This document shows positions 36,562 through 45,849 of a stretch of DNA of 64,000 bases, in pieces; positions within the stretch are counted from its first letter, which is position 1; each line of letters opens with the position of its first letter. Both the position numbers and the translations under genes were made by a program. Source of the stretch: Prevotella sp. Its GTDB lineage: Bacteria; Bacteroidota; Bacteroidia; Bacteroidales; Bacteroidaceae. Under the pieces are notes generated by a model. It was not told the origin of the DNA. It saw only the letters and a program-made list of their open reading frames with translations, and searched no databases. The stretch spans positions 48,177 to 112,176 of the forward strand of contig JAEEWT010000013.1 in the NCBI GenBank assembly GCA_016287755.1, in the 5' to 3' direction.

Positions 36562-38337
36562 TCAATTCTCTGCGCGCTCAATCCACGCGATGGTGTCGCC
36601 CTTGTTCACCTTAGCACCCTGCTTGGCTGTGATCTCTACGAGCTTACCGCCGAGAGCAGCGGGAATCTCCGTGATTTCACCCCAAGGTGTCTGGATGTAA
36701 CAGAAAGTCTGACCTTCTTTGTAGGTCTGACCGATGAACGGCTCCACACAAGGTGCGCACTCACCGTCGCCATTGAACTCATAGTAGATCTGTCCTTTGA
36801 CAGGTGCCACGAGGGCATCGGCCTTGGCATGCTTGAACTCTGCAATCTTCTCAGGTGAGAGTTTTGTACCGAGGCGTGAATCCTTGATCTTCTGGATGTC
36901 AGCCAGCAGGTTCTTCTTCGCCATACCGCTCTTGAACGGACGGTACTGCTCGGGGTGCATAGCCAGCTCATAGAGTTCCTCATCATCTGGTCCATAATCC
37001 CATCCGTTCTCGTCCATCTCCTTACGGAAGTCGTCCAACGCATTGGGAATGAGTGAGCGCGGATCAGCATCTGTGAACTCACGACCCTGCTGCTTGGCAA
37101 GTTCCACAATCTCTGGAGCGATCGTTCCAGGAATCTTACCGCTCTTGCCGAGGATCATGCCCCACATAGCATCGTCCATCATCACGAAACGACCCTTGCC
37201 CTGTGCCATGGTAAGCAGGTTCATCAAGGCAATGTTCTTCACGTACTGACTGAACGGGGTTACCAGTGGTGGATATCCCACGCGCGGCCATACGTAAGCC
37301 ACCTCGTCGAACAGTTTCACGAGCATATCGTCGGTAGAAAGTTCTGGTTCTCCCTTGGCCTTCAGCGTCTTGTTGATAATACTATGAATACCGGCAAGGT
37401 CGGCCATCATTGATCCCATCATACCGCCAGGGAGTCCGCAGCCGAGGAGGAGTGATGACATGAGTTTGTTACCCGGATTGATGAAGTAGCCAAGCCAGTC
37501 ATCAATGAACTCCTGGGTCAAGGCACGGGCCTGCATATAAGCATTCATGTTGATTTCCTTCACCTCGAAGCCCTCATGCTTCAGCATCGACTGAACGGAA
37601 ATGATATCCGGATGCACCTTACCCCATGACAGCGGTTCGATAGCTGTATCAATTACGTCGGCACCGTTGTTGCAGACCTCCAGGATGGAAGCCATTGACA
37701 AACCGGGTCCAGAATGTCCGTGATACTGGATGATTACATCGGGGTGCTTGGTCTTGATCGACTTGGTCAGGGCACCTAACAGGGCGGGCTGACCGATACC
37801 GGCCATATCCTTCAAGCAGATTTCCTCTGCTCCTGCAGCAATCACCTGATCAGCGATATCTGAATAGTACTCCACGGTATGCACAGGAGAAGTAGTAATA
37901 CACAGGGTAGCCTGTGGGGTCATGCCAGCGGCCTTGGCCCACTTCACGGAAGGAATGATGTTACGTACATCGTTCAAACCGCAGAAGATACGGGGAATAT
38001 CAACGCCCTGCGCATGCTTTACCTTGTATTGCAACTCACGCACATCATCGGGCACAGGATACATACGCAACGCATTCAGACCGCGATCGAGCATGTGTGT
38101 CTTGATGCCCACCTGGTTGAACGGTTTACAGAATGCCCTAACGGCAGCGTTTGGATTCTCACCTGCCAGCAGGTTTACCTGCTCGAAGGCACCACCATTG
38201 GTCTCCACACGGTCGAACACGCCCATGTCGATAATGGCTGGTGCGATACGCTCCAACTGGTCTTTACGCGGCTGGAACTTACCTGAACTCTGCCACATGT
38301 CACGATAGACAAGACTAAACTGGATTCTTTTCTTCAT
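36562..38337 (-). CDS. Oxaloacetate decarboxylase alpha / pyruvate carboxylase B-like carboxyltransferase with atypical biotinyl-like C-terminal domain
   Basis: 591 aa; RDMWQS, ETNGGA, ICLKDMAG, QYHGHS, GYPPLVTPFSQ. Confidence 0.85.
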   Translation of the reverse strand: MKKRIQFSLVYRDMWQSSGKFQPRKDQLERIAPAIIDMGVFDRVETNGGAFEQVNLLAGENPNAAVRAFCKPFNQVGIKTHMLDRGLNALRMYPVPDDVRELQYKVKHAQGVDIPRIFCGLNDVRNIIPSVKWAKAAGMTPQATLCITTSPVHTVEYYSDIADQVIAAGAEEICLKDMAGIGQPALLGALTKSIKTKHPDVIIQYHGHSGPGLSMASILEVCNNGADVIDTAIEPLSWGKVHPDIISVQSMLKHEGFEVKEINMNAYMQARALTQEFIDDWLGYFINPGNKLMSSLLLGCGLPGGMMGSMMADLAGIHSIINKTLKAKGEPELSTDDMLVKLFDEVAYVWPRVGYPPLVTPFSQYVKNIALMNLLTMAQGKGRFVMMDDAMWGMILGKSGKIPGTIAPEIVELAKQQGREFTDADPRSLIPNALDDFRKEMDENGWDYGPDDEELYELAMHPEQYRPFKSGMAKKNLLADIQKIKDSRLGTKLSPEKIAEFKHAKADALVAPVKGQIYYEFNGDGECAPCVEPFIGQTYKEGQTFCYIQTPWGEITEIPAALGGKLVEITAKQGAKVNKGDTIAWIERAEN

Positions 38338-38489
38338 TGGTTTTTTTGATAATTATTAGGGTTCATAATATACTTTGATTCTGCAAATATATATCTTTTT
38401 TCCCAAACCTCCGAATTTTTTCCTGTCTTTTTTCTTAGTAGCGGAAAAAATCATGTATATTTGCAGCCGATAAATCAAAACGCCATCAT

Positions 38490-39233
38490 ATGAGAAAACT
38501 ATTGAGCATCGTAATAATCAGCATAGTTATAGGACTGATCGCTGCCTGCCATTCGCAGCAGCCCGTAGATGAAGAACAGGTGAACGTAGGAACGAGCACC
38601 TCTATTGAAGGTGACTCCACGCTCTACGGACTGGCCTGCGATGGCTGTACCGATACCGTTCTGGTATTCCTTCCGGGAAAAGGCGGCGACCCTATTACAT
38701 ACAATATCCTGGATGCGACGAAGAAGGGACGCATCATCGGTCGTCCTACGGTTGGCGACTGGGTGGCAGTGATTCTCAATAAAGAGGATACGATGGTGGC
38801 AGATATGGTGATCGACCTGGACCAGCTGAAGGGTACATGGGTGGAACTGGCCTACCCCACCGTGAAGGAACGCATCAAGGAGGTAGCCATCGACGAAGAG
38901 ATGCAGAAGCACATGGACTCCTTGGTACAAGCCATGATGAAACCTGTTGAGATGGGATTCTCCCTGAAGCGCCACTACCAGGCACAAACGGTGGGCCGTC
39001 GACGTAGGAGTGCCCAACCAGATGAAGATAGTCCGGTGATCTATCCCGAGATCAAGAACTATATTCAATGGCATGTCATTAACGGTCAGCTCGTTCTGAC
39101 CTCACAAAACAGGTCACAGAATGATACCGTGAAAGGGGAAACGGTGAACGATACAGCCGACTTTATCTTCATGACCCGCGACTCCCTGCGCCTGCGTTTC
39201 AAGGAAGGAGAAAAAGGGTTCTACCGAAAATAG
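38490..39233 (+). CDS. Lipoprotein, lipocalin-like domain, unknown function
   Basis: 247 aa; lipobox LIAAC, LYGLACDGCTD, DLDQLKGTW, WHVINGQLVL. Confidence 0.65.
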   Translation: MRKLLSIVIISIVIGLIAACHSQQPVDEEQVNVGTSTSIEGDSTLYGLACDGCTDTVLVFLPGKGGDPITYNILDATKKGRIIGRPTVGDWVAVILNKEDTMVADMVIDLDQLKGTWVELAYPTVKERIKEVAIDEEMQKHMDSLVQAMMKPVEMGFSLKRHYQAQTVGRRRRSAQPDEDSPVIYPEIKNYIQWHVINGQLVLTSQNRSQNDTVKGETVNDTADFIFMTRDSLRLRFKEGEKGFYRK

Positions 39234-39245
39234 TAGAACCCATCT

Positions 39246-39704
39246 TTATAATGCGTGTCTGAGGAAACGCTCTTTCGCCATTTCCTCGTATTTCGTACCC
39301 GGACGACCGTAGTTGGCATATGGATAGATACTGATGCCACCACGGGGCGTGAACAAACCTATTACCTCTATATACTTCGGATCCATCAGTTTGATCAGGT
39401 CCTTCATGATGATGTTCACACAGTCCTCATGAAAGTCCCCGTGGTTACGGAAACTGAAGAGATAGAGCTTCAGACTCTTGCTCTCTACCATCCGCTCCCC
39501 AGGAATATATAGGATTTTGATTTCCGCGAAGTCTGGCTGTCCTGTGATAGGGCACAAGGAAGTGAACTCAGGACAGTTGAACTGCACCCAATAGTCGTTC
39601 TCAGGATGTTTGTTCTGAAAGGTTTCCAGCACCTCAGGGGCATAGTCCATTCTATACTCTGTCTTCTTACCGAGTGCCTGGAGTCCGTCTTGTTCTCTAC
39701 TCAT
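39246..39704 (-). CDS. queF: NADPH-dependent preQ0 reductase, type I
   Basis: [39 protein letters not shown]. Confidence 0.96.
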   Translation of the reverse strand: MSREQDGLQALGKKTEYRMDYAPEVLETFQNKHPENDYWVQFNCPEFTSLCPITGQPDFAEIKILYIPGERMVESKSLKLYLFSFRNHGDFHEDCVNIIMKDLIKLMDPKYIEVIGLFTPRGGISIYPYANYGRPGTKYEEMAKERFLRHAL

Positions 39705-40390
39705 ATCTTGAAAATATTAAAGATGTTGTAACTGATGTCGCGGTCGAATACATCCTCATGGTCGTGCGCCTTCGTGAAAGCTACCACACGAATGGTAACA
39801 GGCAGTACGGCAATCTCATAGAGCGTCTTCAGCGTTACCTGTGAGATCATCAGTGAAGGCATCTCCTCCCAAGGAATAACACCACCTAATGCCAACGGGA
39901 AGAAGATGATGCTGTCCACGCCCTCTCCAAATATTGTACTCAGAACAGCTCGTGCAGAGAAGTTCTTTCCGTTAGAGTTCAGTTTCATGCGTGACATGAT
40001 ATAGGCATTGGTAAACGAGCCTGCAATGAATGCAATGAACGAGGCCATGGCTATACGTGGCGCCAGACCGAATATCACATGGAATCCCTCATCACCATCC
40101 CAATAGTCAGCACCTGGAATCCAGTCGGCTATGGCTCCCATAAGGACAAAGAAGAAGTTCATCGCGAAGCCCATCCAGATGAGCATGCGCGTACGGCGAT
40201 AGCCCCAAACCTCGCACACCACATCATTGATGATATAGCTCACCGGGAACACGATGATACCTGCAGTAAGATTAACGGGTCCGAACGATAACTGCTTTGT
40301 CTCCAATACGTTTGCCGTAATCAGGCATACACAGAACAGTGTGCCGAAAAGCATAAAGAGCACACTAACCTTTTGTCTATCTTTCTCCAT
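39701..40390 (-). CDS. yhhQ: Queuosine precursor transporter (YhhQ / Vut_1)
   Basis: [42 protein letters not shown]; adjacent to queF. Confidence 0.92.
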   Translation of the reverse strand: MEKDRQKVSVLFMLFGTLFCVCLITANVLETKQLSFGPVNLTAGIIVFPVSYIINDVVCEVWGYRRTRMLIWMGFAMNFFFVLMGAIADWIPGADYWDGDEGFHVIFGLAPRIAMASFIAFIAGSFTNAYIMSRMKLNSNGKNFSARAVLSTIFGEGVDSIIFFPLALGGVIPWEEMPSLMISQVTLKTLYEIAVLPVTIRVVAFTKAHDHEDVFDRDISYNIFNIFKI

Positions 40391-41323
40391 TTAACTATTA
40401 ACAACTAACCAGGTCATGTAGCCAATAAATATCAGCGTGAGCACCACGCCTTCCCATCTGGCTACCTTGAATTTTGTGTAACAGAACAGCCACAGCAGGA
40501 TAATACCACCCATCATCACACTCAGATCAACGGTGGTGATGCCATGTAGCTGCATGGGCAACACCAATCCTGTTGCGCCCAGAATCATTAGAACGTTGAA
40601 TACATTACTGCCAATCACATTACCGATGGCAATAGCCGAACGCCCTTTCTTGGCCGCCACCACACTGGTAGCCAGTTCTGGCAGGGATGTACCGCAGGCC
40701 ACGATGGTCAGACCGATTACTGCATCGCTCACACCAAGGGAACGGGCAACGGTTGTGGCACCATCCACGAACACATGACTGCCACCTACCAGACAAACAA
40801 GACCAAGGACGATGAGTCCGACAGCCTTCCATGGGTTCATGTCCTCTAACTTCACCACCTCCTGTTGTTCAAGACGACCTGCTTTCGCCATACGGAGGGT
40901 GTAGTACATAAACAGCAGGAACCCGATGAAGAGCAAACCAGCATCAAGTCGTGAGATCTTCCCGTCAAGGCACATCACCGTCAAGGCCACGGCAGCGGCC
41001 ACGGCAAACGGAATATCTTTCCTCACGGTACTTTTACTGATGGTCATCGGCGCAACAATGGCAGTCACACCCACAATCATCAATGTGTTGAACACATTTG
41101 AACCGATGATATTACCTACGGCCATGTCTGAGGTGCCTTTGATGGCAGACATCAGTGACACAAAGAACTCAGGCATCGATGTTCCCATGGCCACTACGGT
41201 CAGACCGATCACTATCTGGGGCACGTTCATACGATGGGCTAATGCCGTGGCACCATCTGTCAGACGGTCTGCTCCCCAGAGCACTAACACGGCTCCCAAA
41301 ATAATAAACACAATGCTTAACAT
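40391..41323 (-). CDS. Calcium/sodium antiporter (YrbG-like)
   Basis: Two alpha repeats GTSMPE..VS / GTSLPELATS and GNIIGSN / GNVIGSN. Confidence 0.93.
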   Translation of the reverse strand: MLSIVFIILGAVLVLWGADRLTDGATALAHRMNVPQIVIGLTVVAMGTSMPEFFVSLMSAIKGTSDMAVGNIIGSNVFNTLMIVGVTAIVAPMTISKSTVRKDIPFAVAAAVALTVMCLDGKISRLDAGLLFIGFLLFMYYTLRMAKAGRLEQQEVVKLEDMNPWKAVGLIVLGLVCLVGGSHVFVDGATTVARSLGVSDAVIGLTIVACGTSLPELATSVVAAKKGRSAIAIGNVIGSNVFNVLMILGATGLVLPMQLHGITTVDLSVMMGGIILLWLFCYTKFKVARWEGVVLTLIFIGYMTWLVVNS

Positions 41324-41326
41324 GGT

Positions 41327-41512
41327 GCAAAGGTACGATTAAGCGAGCACAATACAAAATAAATAAGGATTTATTTTTATTGTCGAGCGTAAGTACCTTC
41401 GGCGGAGCCAAAGTTCGACTAAGCGAGCACAATACAAAATAAATAAGGATTTATTTTTATTGTCGAGCGAAAGTACATTCGGCAAAGCCAGAGTTCGAAT
41501 AAGCGAGCACAA
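41327..41512 (-). repeat. Promoter-associated hairpin repeat, copy D (2 tandem 80-bp units plus partial)
   Basis: A 50-bp identical direct repeat at 41340 and 41420 with a third start at 41500; on the minus strand the last unit ends CGTACCTTTGCACC-ATG of the antiporter. Confidence 0.88.
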
Positions 41513-41585
41513 AAGCAAATAATAATTAGAATTATTATTGCAAGTTTCCACATAATTTTATACCTTTGCAGTGAAAAATCGGAAT

Positions 41586-43232
41586 ATGAAACTTTTTCGG
41601 TCTCTACATATCATCCCTGCCATCCTATGCGCTACCCTGTTCTACGCATGCAGACAGCATTCTACAAGTTCACTGGAGCAACACCGCCAGTATGCCGACA
41701 GTGTATATGGCGAAATCAAGGATCTTGACGTACTCAGACATATCGAAGATAGTCTGGAGAAAGAAGATGACCACCAATCACTTATCTTCCTGGAAAAGCA
41801 GTTGGGAAAACAGCTGCGCAACAACAGTAATTTCATTGAGGCATTAGATCATCACAAGGAAGGACTGCTCTATGCCACCATGCTCAAGGATACGGTAGAG
41901 ATGATCCGTGCCAACAACAACATCGCCACCGACTTCCGTCGTATGGGTATTCTCGATGATGCTGCCTCCAACCACTATGCGGCATTGACGCTTTGCGAGC
42001 AATACTCCGACAAGACATCCTTTGAAGCCAAGAAGAACCGCGTTACCTCGCTGAACGGCTTAGGAAATGTTTACCTGACGATGAAAGACCTGGCCACAGC
42101 CGACAGTCTGTTCCGTCTTGCACTGGAAGATGAGAAGATCTTGGACAGCGATGTAGGACAGGCCATTAACTATGCCAATATCGGAGCGATCTTTGAGCAG
42201 CAGGGCAAGTACGACTCGGCGTGGGTTTACTACAAGAAGTCGATGGAATACAACCGGAAAGGGAAGTCAGACCTGGGTATCAGTCTGTGCTACACCCACT
42301 TCGGACAGCTCCACGAGAAGAACCGCCAATGGGATAAAGCCATCTCTGAATATAAGAATGCGTATGAGATGATGGAGAAATCGGGCGACCAGTGGCACTG
42401 GCTGGAGTCGGTCATTGCATTGGCCAACGTAAACATCTCGAAGGGCGACATGAACGAAGCCCAACGATTTATTCAACAAGCTCAGGAGATTGCCACGAAC
42501 ATCCATTCCCTGGAGCACCAGGCACAAGTGGCGGAGCTCCAATACAAGATGGAAGAGGCAAAGGGCAACTACCATCAGGCGCTCAGCTATTTCAAGCTTA
42601 GGAACAAGTTGAACGACAGTGTGGGCTCTCCAGAGGAACTGCTTCACACGCAGAACTATCGCGTACGCTACGTCAACGAGCGTCACCAGAATGAGATGGA
42701 TGCCATCAAGCGCACCCATAAGGCTGAGCAAGGCGTACTGCGAATAACTATCATCGCCATCATTCTCGCTCTCGCACTGGCTGTTACAGTTATTGGCATC
42801 TTGTACCACTCTTGGCGAGTAAGGTCGAAACGTTTGAAGATGCTACGTGAAGAGTTCTCCAAGGCGATGCAGGAAGGAAAGAAACCGGAAACACGCTTCA
42901 GTGATGAGGAGAACGATTTCATCAACAAGCTGGTGAACCAGATCTACGAAGACATGCAGACGGGAGACATTTCCGTGGAGAAGCTGTCGAAAACCATGTA
43001 TATCAGTCGTTCGCAACTGTCGAGGAAAGTTTTGAACCTGACAGGTATGAGCACCTCCGATTTTGTCATGCAGGTTCGTATGGGTAAGGCCAGACGCTTA
43101 CTGGAAGACACGACGACACCTATTACCGAGGTGGCTTTGAAGTGTGGATTCAATGATCCTTCGTATTTTACGAGAATGTTCAAGAAAACATACGACATTA
43201 CGCCGTCGCAAGCACGCAAACGCTCCAAATAG
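41586..43232 (+). CDS. Membrane-spanning TPR-sensor / AraC-HTH one-component regulator
   Basis: Lipoprotein-like N-terminus (LFYAC), TPR helices, one TM (ITIIAIILALAL), C-terminal ISRSQLSRKV and CGFNDPSYFTRMFKK. Confidence 0.88.
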   Translation: MKLFRSLHIIPAILCATLFYACRQHSTSSLEQHRQYADSVYGEIKDLDVLRHIEDSLEKEDDHQSLIFLEKQLGKQLRNNSNFIEALDHHKEGLLYATMLKDTVEMIRANNNIATDFRRMGILDDAASNHYAALTLCEQYSDKTSFEAKKNRVTSLNGLGNVYLTMKDLATADSLFRLALEDEKILDSDVGQAINYANIGAIFEQQGKYDSAWVYYKKSMEYNRKGKSDLGISLCYTHFGQLHEKNRQWDKAISEYKNAYEMMEKSGDQWHWLESVIALANVNISKGDMNEAQRFIQQAQEIATNIHSLEHQAQVAELQYKMEEAKGNYHQALSYFKLRNKLNDSVGSPEELLHTQNYRVRYVNERHQNEMDAIKRTHKAEQGVLRITIIAIILALALAVTVIGILYHSWRVRSKRLKMLREEFSKAMQEGKKPETRFSDEENDFINKLVNQIYEDMQTGDISVEKLSKTMYISRSQLSRKVLNLTGMSTSDFVMQVRMGKARRLLEDTTTPITEVALKCGFNDPSYFTRMFKKTYDITPSQARKRSK

Positions 43233-43314
43233 AAAATGGACAAATTGTTCGTCTGATTATCAACAAGTTACAAAACAAGCGTGCACCATTTATCCTATTT
43301 TCCCCTATCATTTC

Positions 43315-43380
43315 GCACCATATAGTCCATTATTTGGTCGTATAGTCCATTCTGTTTTGTAGTTAATGTGTACCTTTGCA
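43315..43380 (+). promoter_or_regulatory. Candidate regulated promoter with direct repeats and -7 box
   Basis: TATAGTCCATT at 43321 and 43341, GCACCAT at 43283 and 43315, TAccTTTG at 43371. Confidence 0.5.
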
Positions 43381-43444
43381 CGTGTGATTTGTGCAGCACG
43401 TCTGCGCAACCACCCAACACGCAATATATATTTTTGAGAGAACA

Positions 43445-43476
43445 AACGGCCGACTCCTGTGAAGGAGCCGGCCGTT
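43445..43476. terminator. GC-rich hairpin terminator
   Basis: AACGGCCG.CTCCT / AGGAG.CGGCCGTT stem just downstream of the coaE-DUF5606 stop. Confidence 0.75.
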
Positions 43477-43494
43477 ATGTGTTATTGCAGTTGA

Positions 43495-44517
43495 TTATTC
43501 GCTCTTACGGTCATCGATATTGTCGCCTTCCGTAGGCTTCATCTCCTCCTCAAAATCCGTGATTCCGTTCTTGACAAGGATATTATACCATGTCAGGAGC
43601 TTGCGGATATCACTATCGTGTACGCGGTCACGGTCGAAATCAGGCAGGATCTCAGCGAAATATGCACGCAGTTCCTTGCTTGAAGCCTTCTTGAAGGCAA
43701 AGGATATTTCTTTTTTCTCTTCCTTGTCACGTATGGATGCCAGGATCGTCATCAGCGGCACATCCTCTGAATCGGTGAACATGGCAATGTCTGCCAATGA
43801 AGTAATTCTGTCAGTAGCAAAGGCCGGCATACGCTTATGCGTCTCATCAAGTGCCTCTACTATCAGGTTCATCTTGCCTCTTGACACGAGTTTGTAAAGT
43901 CCCGGTTTACCGGCAATAGATAGGATTGTCTGTTCCATTTTTCTTGATTGCTTATTATTCTTTATTAGTTGAATGATTTGATCTAATTGTTTATCGATGT
44001 CAGCACGACCATCATTGATGATCTGTGCATCACTACGTTGCACCACCTCTTCCTGTAACATCTGCTTGTTGATCCATTCCAAGGTGAGCTCACGGGATAT
44101 TCCATCACGATCCATCACCCTTTGGATACGCGTTTCCAACGGAGCGGTCACGCAGATAATCCAATCGAAGTGTGTTCTGCGGTAGAACCCGCTATCGAAG
44201 AGGATGGCACTCTCTAGCCAGTCCTTGCCCGACTGCTCGAAGTCGCGTGCCACGGCAGGATGCACCACAGCATTCACTGCCTGTTTGTTTTCTTCCGACT
44301 GCAACAGGAAGGTCGCCAGTAACGGTTTGTTCAGCTCGGTACCTTGATACACCTCCTCGCCCACCAGCGACTGCAGTCCTTGTCGAATCTCCATTGATTC
44401 GCGCATGAGTCGTTTGGCTTCACGGTCACAATCATACACCTGGATGCCTCGCGCCTCCAGTCGTTTGCAGACATAGCTCTTCCCGCTGCCTATACCACCT
44501 GTAATAGCGATCTTCAT
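43495..44517 (-). CDS. coaE: Dephospho-CoA kinase fused in frame to a DUF5606-like domain
   Basis: N-terminus IAITGGIGSGKS and ESAILF; internal Met194 (ATG 43938) starts MEQTILSIAGKPGLYKLVSRG...SDIRKLLTWYNIL. Confidence 0.88.
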   Translation of the reverse strand: MKIAITGGIGSGKSYVCKRLEARGIQVYDCDREAKRLMRESMEIRQGLQSLVGEEVYQGTELNKPLLATFLLQSEENKQAVNAVVHPAVARDFEQSGKDWLESAILFDSGFYRRTHFDWIICVTAPLETRIQRVMDRDGISRELTLEWINKQMLQEEVVQRSDAQIINDGRADIDKQLDQIIQLIKNNKQSRKMEQTILSIAGKPGLYKLVSRGKMNLIVEALDETHKRMPAFATDRITSLADIAMFTDSEDVPLMTILASIRDKEEKKEISFAFKKASSKELRAYFAEILPDFDRDRVHDSDIRKLLTWYNILVKNGITDFEEEMKPTEGDNIDDRKSE

Positions 44518-45497
44518 TGTGCTTCAACAAGATAGTCCACACGATCGGGTTCAGGATGGGCATTACGAACACCGTAGGGAGCTGCGACCAAGGAAACCGG
44601 ACATTTGTCGGAAGGATGCGACTGTATCTCCCAATAGTCAACCTCCACACGGAACTGGTCAGGATGAATGGTTCTGAACTGACTGGCACCTGTGGTGAAC
44701 ACCACCTTCACTCGCGAGGGGAAGGTACGGAGCAATTTTCCTTCCGGCATATTGACAGCCGTGATAGGCACCTCCACACTCTCTTCGGTCAGCACATCAG
44801 GATAAACCGTCATGGTAACCTTCGAGGGAATGCATTTCACCCCTGCGATCTTACTAAGCATCACCTCCTGGACAACCGTGTCGGTTACATTCGTCAGTTT
44901 CACCTGTTCGGTGAAGATGGCCAACAGACTGTCTAGCTTTTCCTGACTGGCATAGACGGTGACTGTTTCGGGTGAGAAGGCCACATTGGCCAGATAATAG
45001 CTCTTTCCTGGAGTAATACTACCTTTCAGTCGTACCGGCAGCAGTTTGCTATTACCATAATTATATAAGTACTCAAACTTATCGGGTTTGATACTTACGA
45101 TGCGCGACGACTTGAACAGCTGCTGATAGATGAGTTTCTGCAGATCGGCAGCTTGCACGCTCCCGTGCCCTTTACCTTTATTATATGTATTGAAGTTGAT
45201 GTGTAACGACTTTCGGTTCTGTCCATACATATAGGTAAAGAGAAGATAACCGCGGTCGCGTATCGTCACCCGCAACGTATCCTCTTCATTGGACGTTACG
45301 ATCACCTTACTGGGAATGCCCTCCAGGTGAACAGGAATCTTAATCTCCCGTTCGTATGTTTCGTTCAGCGTCATGACGAGCCAGAATGCTCCACTCAATA
45401 AGAGAAAGAACAAAAAGATCAGGAACTCCTTATTGAACATACTAAAAAGGAGATTCCTGAAGATGCTGGCTAAGCGAGATGACTGCCGTTCTTCCAT
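44514..45497 (-). CDS. YbbR-like domain protein
   Basis: FLFFLLLSGAFW TM, then YbbR-type FSPETVTVY and FPSRVKV. Confidence 0.8.
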   Translation of the reverse strand: MEERQSSRLASIFRNLLFSMFNKEFLIFLFFLLLSGAFWLVMTLNETYEREIKIPVHLEGIPSKVIVTSNEEDTLRVTIRDRGYLLFTYMYGQNRKSLHINFNTYNKGKGHGSVQAADLQKLIYQQLFKSSRIVSIKPDKFEYLYNYGNSKLLPVRLKGSITPGKSYYLANVAFSPETVTVYASQEKLDSLLAIFTEQVKLTNVTDTVVQEVMLSKIAGVKCIPSKVTMTVYPDVLTEESVEVPITAVNMPEGKLLRTFPSRVKVVFTTGASQFRTIHPDQFRVEVDYWEIQSHPSDKCPVSLVAAPYGVRNAHPEPDRVDYLVEAQ

Positions 45498-45499
45498 TA

Positions 45500-45829
45500 T
45501 TACTTCTGGGGCTGTGCAGCTGAAGAAGAAGCGTCGGGGAAGACATAGCCTCTGTCAACACGGAGCGTCACGCCTTTTGCTACCTCCACCTCTACAGTGT
45601 TCGAAGCAAGGTCTATACGGCGTACTACACCATGGATTCCTCCACCGGTGATTACTTGGGCCCCTTCTGCCAGATTGTTCTGGAAGTTACGGATCTCCTT
45701 CTGTTTCTTCTGCTGAGGACGAATCATCGTAAACCACATGATGGCGAAAATAGCCACCATCATGATCAGGAAACTCATATTACCTGCGCCCTGACCGGCT
45801 GCCTGAGCTGCCAAAAATACTGTTGTCAT
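45500..45829 (-). CDS. yajC: Preprotein translocase subunit YajC
   Basis: MWFTMIRPQQKKQKE, VITGGGIHG. Confidence 0.95.
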   Translation of the reverse strand: MTTVFLAAQAAGQGAGNMSFLIMMVAIFAIMWFTMIRPQQKKQKEIRNFQNNLAEGAQVITGGGIHGVVRRIDLASNTVEVEVAKGVTLRVDRGYVFPDASSSAAQPQK

Positions 45830-45849
45830 ATTATTAATGTTTTATGATT

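Noticed and set aside
40380-40400. preQ1 riboswitch upstream of yhhQ-queF
   Set aside because: yhhQ starts immediately after the antiporter stop, leaving no leader, and no preQ1 motif is visible.
41340-41512. Possible CRISPR array (50-bp repeats with 30-bp intervals)
   Set aside because: The two intervals resemble each other and the other promoter repeats, there are only about 2.3 units, and no cas genes are present. It is a tandem repeat.
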